A DNA stretch of 63,525 bases from Spizellomyces punctatus DAOM BR117 (taxonomy: Eukaryota): the NCBI GenBank assembly GCA_000182565.2, contig KQ257458.1, one strand, 5' to 3'. The first letter of the stretch is position 1. Every line of letters begins with the position of its first letter. The notes beneath the pieces are model-generated. The model did not search any database. It was not told the origin of the DNA and saw nothing but the letters and a program-made list of their open reading frames with translations. Positions 61,215 to 63,525 of the stretch are shown one piece after another. Made by a program: the position numbers and the translations under genes.

Positions 61215-63525
61215 GTGACCAATCAGATCTGTCCTGTTAAGCTTTTTGGTTGAACGATCATATTGGCGCTAGAATCTTTTTCTTCCCACTTTTTTCAATC
61301 ATTTGTTTGTAATGGAGAACCATAGGGAAAGATCAGAAGTCATACCTACTGGAACTCTCCAGCTACGTCGTCGCAATAGAGGCCCTCAGCGGGCACCCGA
61401 AGTATGTGAACATGAATATCGTCCATTTTAGACTTGCAGACTGGCCAAGATTCTTGATTATCCGTAATTTGCCTGGTGGATAGAATTAACCCAGGGGGGC
61501 GGGGAAACCGCCCAGAAACAAAGCGACACTAGCATATTTCGCCCACTGAGCGGATTGACAGTTTTTTTTGTGTGTTTTGTTTCACAGCTCCTGAGCCTTT
61601 TTTAGAGTCACAGGAGTCGCCGGCTGGGAGACACACATCTCAGCAGGTACGTAAGTTACATGAATGTCATCCAGACTGCCAAAATTTGTTGATTCTCGTA
61701 ATTTTCCATGTCATAAAAGGAACCCAAATGGCGCGCACCATCGGAAGCCGCGCCGGGTAAGAAACAGCGCAAGGTACGTGACAGTCTAATCTTTGTCTTT
61801 GACATTTCGTTGGGTGTGTTATTCATGCCACCAATTGTATCGTCAGAATCCCGCCTGCAAAGGGGCGGGGGACAAGATGCAGCAGCGCCCAACCATGTTG
61901 CAAGAATTAGGCGGAGGCAGCCTCCAGATACGTCAGAGGGTATTTGATGTAAGTATCATTGTGACATGATGAAGCTTTGTTTGGATATCCTAAAACTTTG
62001 TATTTTGGATCATTACACTCCGAAGATAAATACAAACAAGTTTAAAATTTAAGTCTCTGTGCATGATCTGTATTTGCATATATTAAATATATTCTTGTCT
62101 CAAAGTAAAAGAATTTGATTATCATCGACGCAAGCTGTAGACTCTGTGGAGGTGTTTACGTGAGTGGGAGTGGGGTGGACGTCAATTTCATGCAACGTCA
62201 CCAATCAGATCTATTTCACACGGACTTTGCGAACATATCAATTGAACAATCATATTGGTGCTAGACTCTTTTTTCCTCCTGCCTTTCAGTCATTTACTTG
62301 CAACGGCGGGCAAAAGGAAAACATTAGAAACATTCACACTCATTGGGACAAGTCAATATTCACCTGTCAAGCGGGTTGAATTGAATTATAGGTATGAAGC
62401 GGAGGTATGTGATTCACCTTAAATCGACGATAAACCTGATGACTCGGTTTCAATTGATGAAAGAGATGGGTCAAATGACACTGTCTCACTTGGTGAGGGC
62501 TTGGTACTCCTGGCTGAACGATTATATATTGTCGCTGGACTCTTTCCTCTTCCTCGCCTTTCAATCATCTGTCATTAGACTCTTTTTCTTCTTCCTGCCT
62601 TCTCAATCATTTATTTATATGGCATCAGAATCATAATCAGAATCTGAACCATTTCGTTTCTGGGACTCACCAGCTGGCCAGCGACAGAGGTTCTCAGCAG
62701 GCAGAGGAAGGATGTGTATGAATGTCATCCAGACGGCCAAACTTGTTTGATTCTCATATTTCCATTTCATAAAACAGCCAGACGGCGTGCAACCGCCGGA
62801 TCAACCATCGGAATCGTGCCGAGCAAGGTATGTTCCAGCATAATGTTTGTCCACTGAGTGAGTTGACATTTGGGTTTGTTTCATGTCACCAGCTATATTG
62901 ACGGAAATCCGCAACCAAACGGGCCGGGAGGGGAAATGGTACCCAAAGCCGCTTTTCAAGCTGTTCGGCAAATAGCTGAACAGCGGAGGGGTCAACCTCC
63001 AAATACCAAACACCGTTCTTGAGGTAAAGCATCATTGTGACATGACATGCATTGTATGGCGTTTTGGTTCCCTAAACTTTTTGTATTTTTGGATCATTGT
63101 GCACAGACGCTTCAGCTGATGAGCGAAGGCTTTATGGTGGCCTTCTTGGAAACTCGAACCTCCTCGCCCTGCCCTATCGAGAATCCGCAACCGGAAGGGC
63201 GAGAAGGGGAAAGCAGCGATCCCGAAAGCTGCCTTCGAGAGCGTTTGCCGGGGAGGTCTTAACGTAAGTACCATTGTGAATTGAATGAAAGCTTTTGTAT
63301 GGCTTTTGGTATCCTAAAATTTGTATTTTTGGATCATTGTGCACAGGGGCTTCAACTGAGCGAGGGATTTATGGTCGTAATTTCTGGGAGGTTCAAATTT
63401 GCTCGCTGAACACTGTCGCTGCCGGACGATACAGCATCGGAAGGATGATAAATCATCATTCTTTCGCTTGCTCTACAGTTCGGCGGCGACAGTGTTCGGC
63501 GAGGATATATGCATCTGTAAATTGT
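61215..63525 (+). pseudogene. Cluster of decayed tandemly duplicated multi-exon gene units
   Basis: Repeated leader (CCAATCAGATCT...TGAAC.ATCATATTGG.GCTAGA...) at ~61219 and ~62200, partial at ~62577. ATG in the first copy is ACG in the second. Homologous intron-like segments at 61647-61720/62715-62777 and 61949-62025/63024-63106/63264-63346; no long open spliced frame. Confidence 0.55.

Noticed and set aside
61949-62025. C/D box snoRNA (ATGATGA) in a repeated intron, or an Introner family
   Set aside because: Box C is not conserved in the sister introns and there is no CTGA box D; adjacent exon sequence is also duplicated, indicating tandem duplication rather than intron transposition.

Overview
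Intron-rich eukaryotic DNA from a chytrid-type (early-diverging) fungus; a Spizellomyces-like lineage is inferred from gene content and the Fanzor-type elements. From ~1 to 53 kb it is a gene-dense core: INO80, an SH3/TM protein, Stm1/SERBP1-like, LIM-C1-RhoGAP, a mitochondrial carrier, a PA14 protein, HROB-like, DCP2, a GPI-anchored protein, IQ-RhoGEF, a Zds1-like protein, a myristoylated PH protein, a large intronless REJ-GPS (polycystin-1-like) receptor, CPSF6-like, expansin-like, LMBRD2, a secreted EEP nuclease, SEC9-like, and tRNA genes. The headline feature is three dispersed copies (18496-19175 +, 20821-21577 +, 47766-48400 -) of a ~0.65-0.75 kb non-autonomous element. It has ~30-bp TIRs bounded by TA, a CATA motif at the left junction, and a conserved ~75-nt structured right end with a compensatory base-pair change. 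This is the architecture of Fanzor1 'ghost' loci that encode omegaRNA guides for an RNA-guided nuclease acting in trans; no nuclease ORF is in this window. Each copy also carries a TATA box and a spliced small ORF upstream of the scaffold. The last ~10 kb is a fast-evolving accessory region around a tRNA-Pro. It holds three paralogous PPxY micro-proteins that share a conserved upstream element, a 79-bp tRNA-like repeat array inside an intron, a 31-bp tandem repeat and decayed duplicated exon-intron modules. Exon boundaries were read by eye and are approximate.
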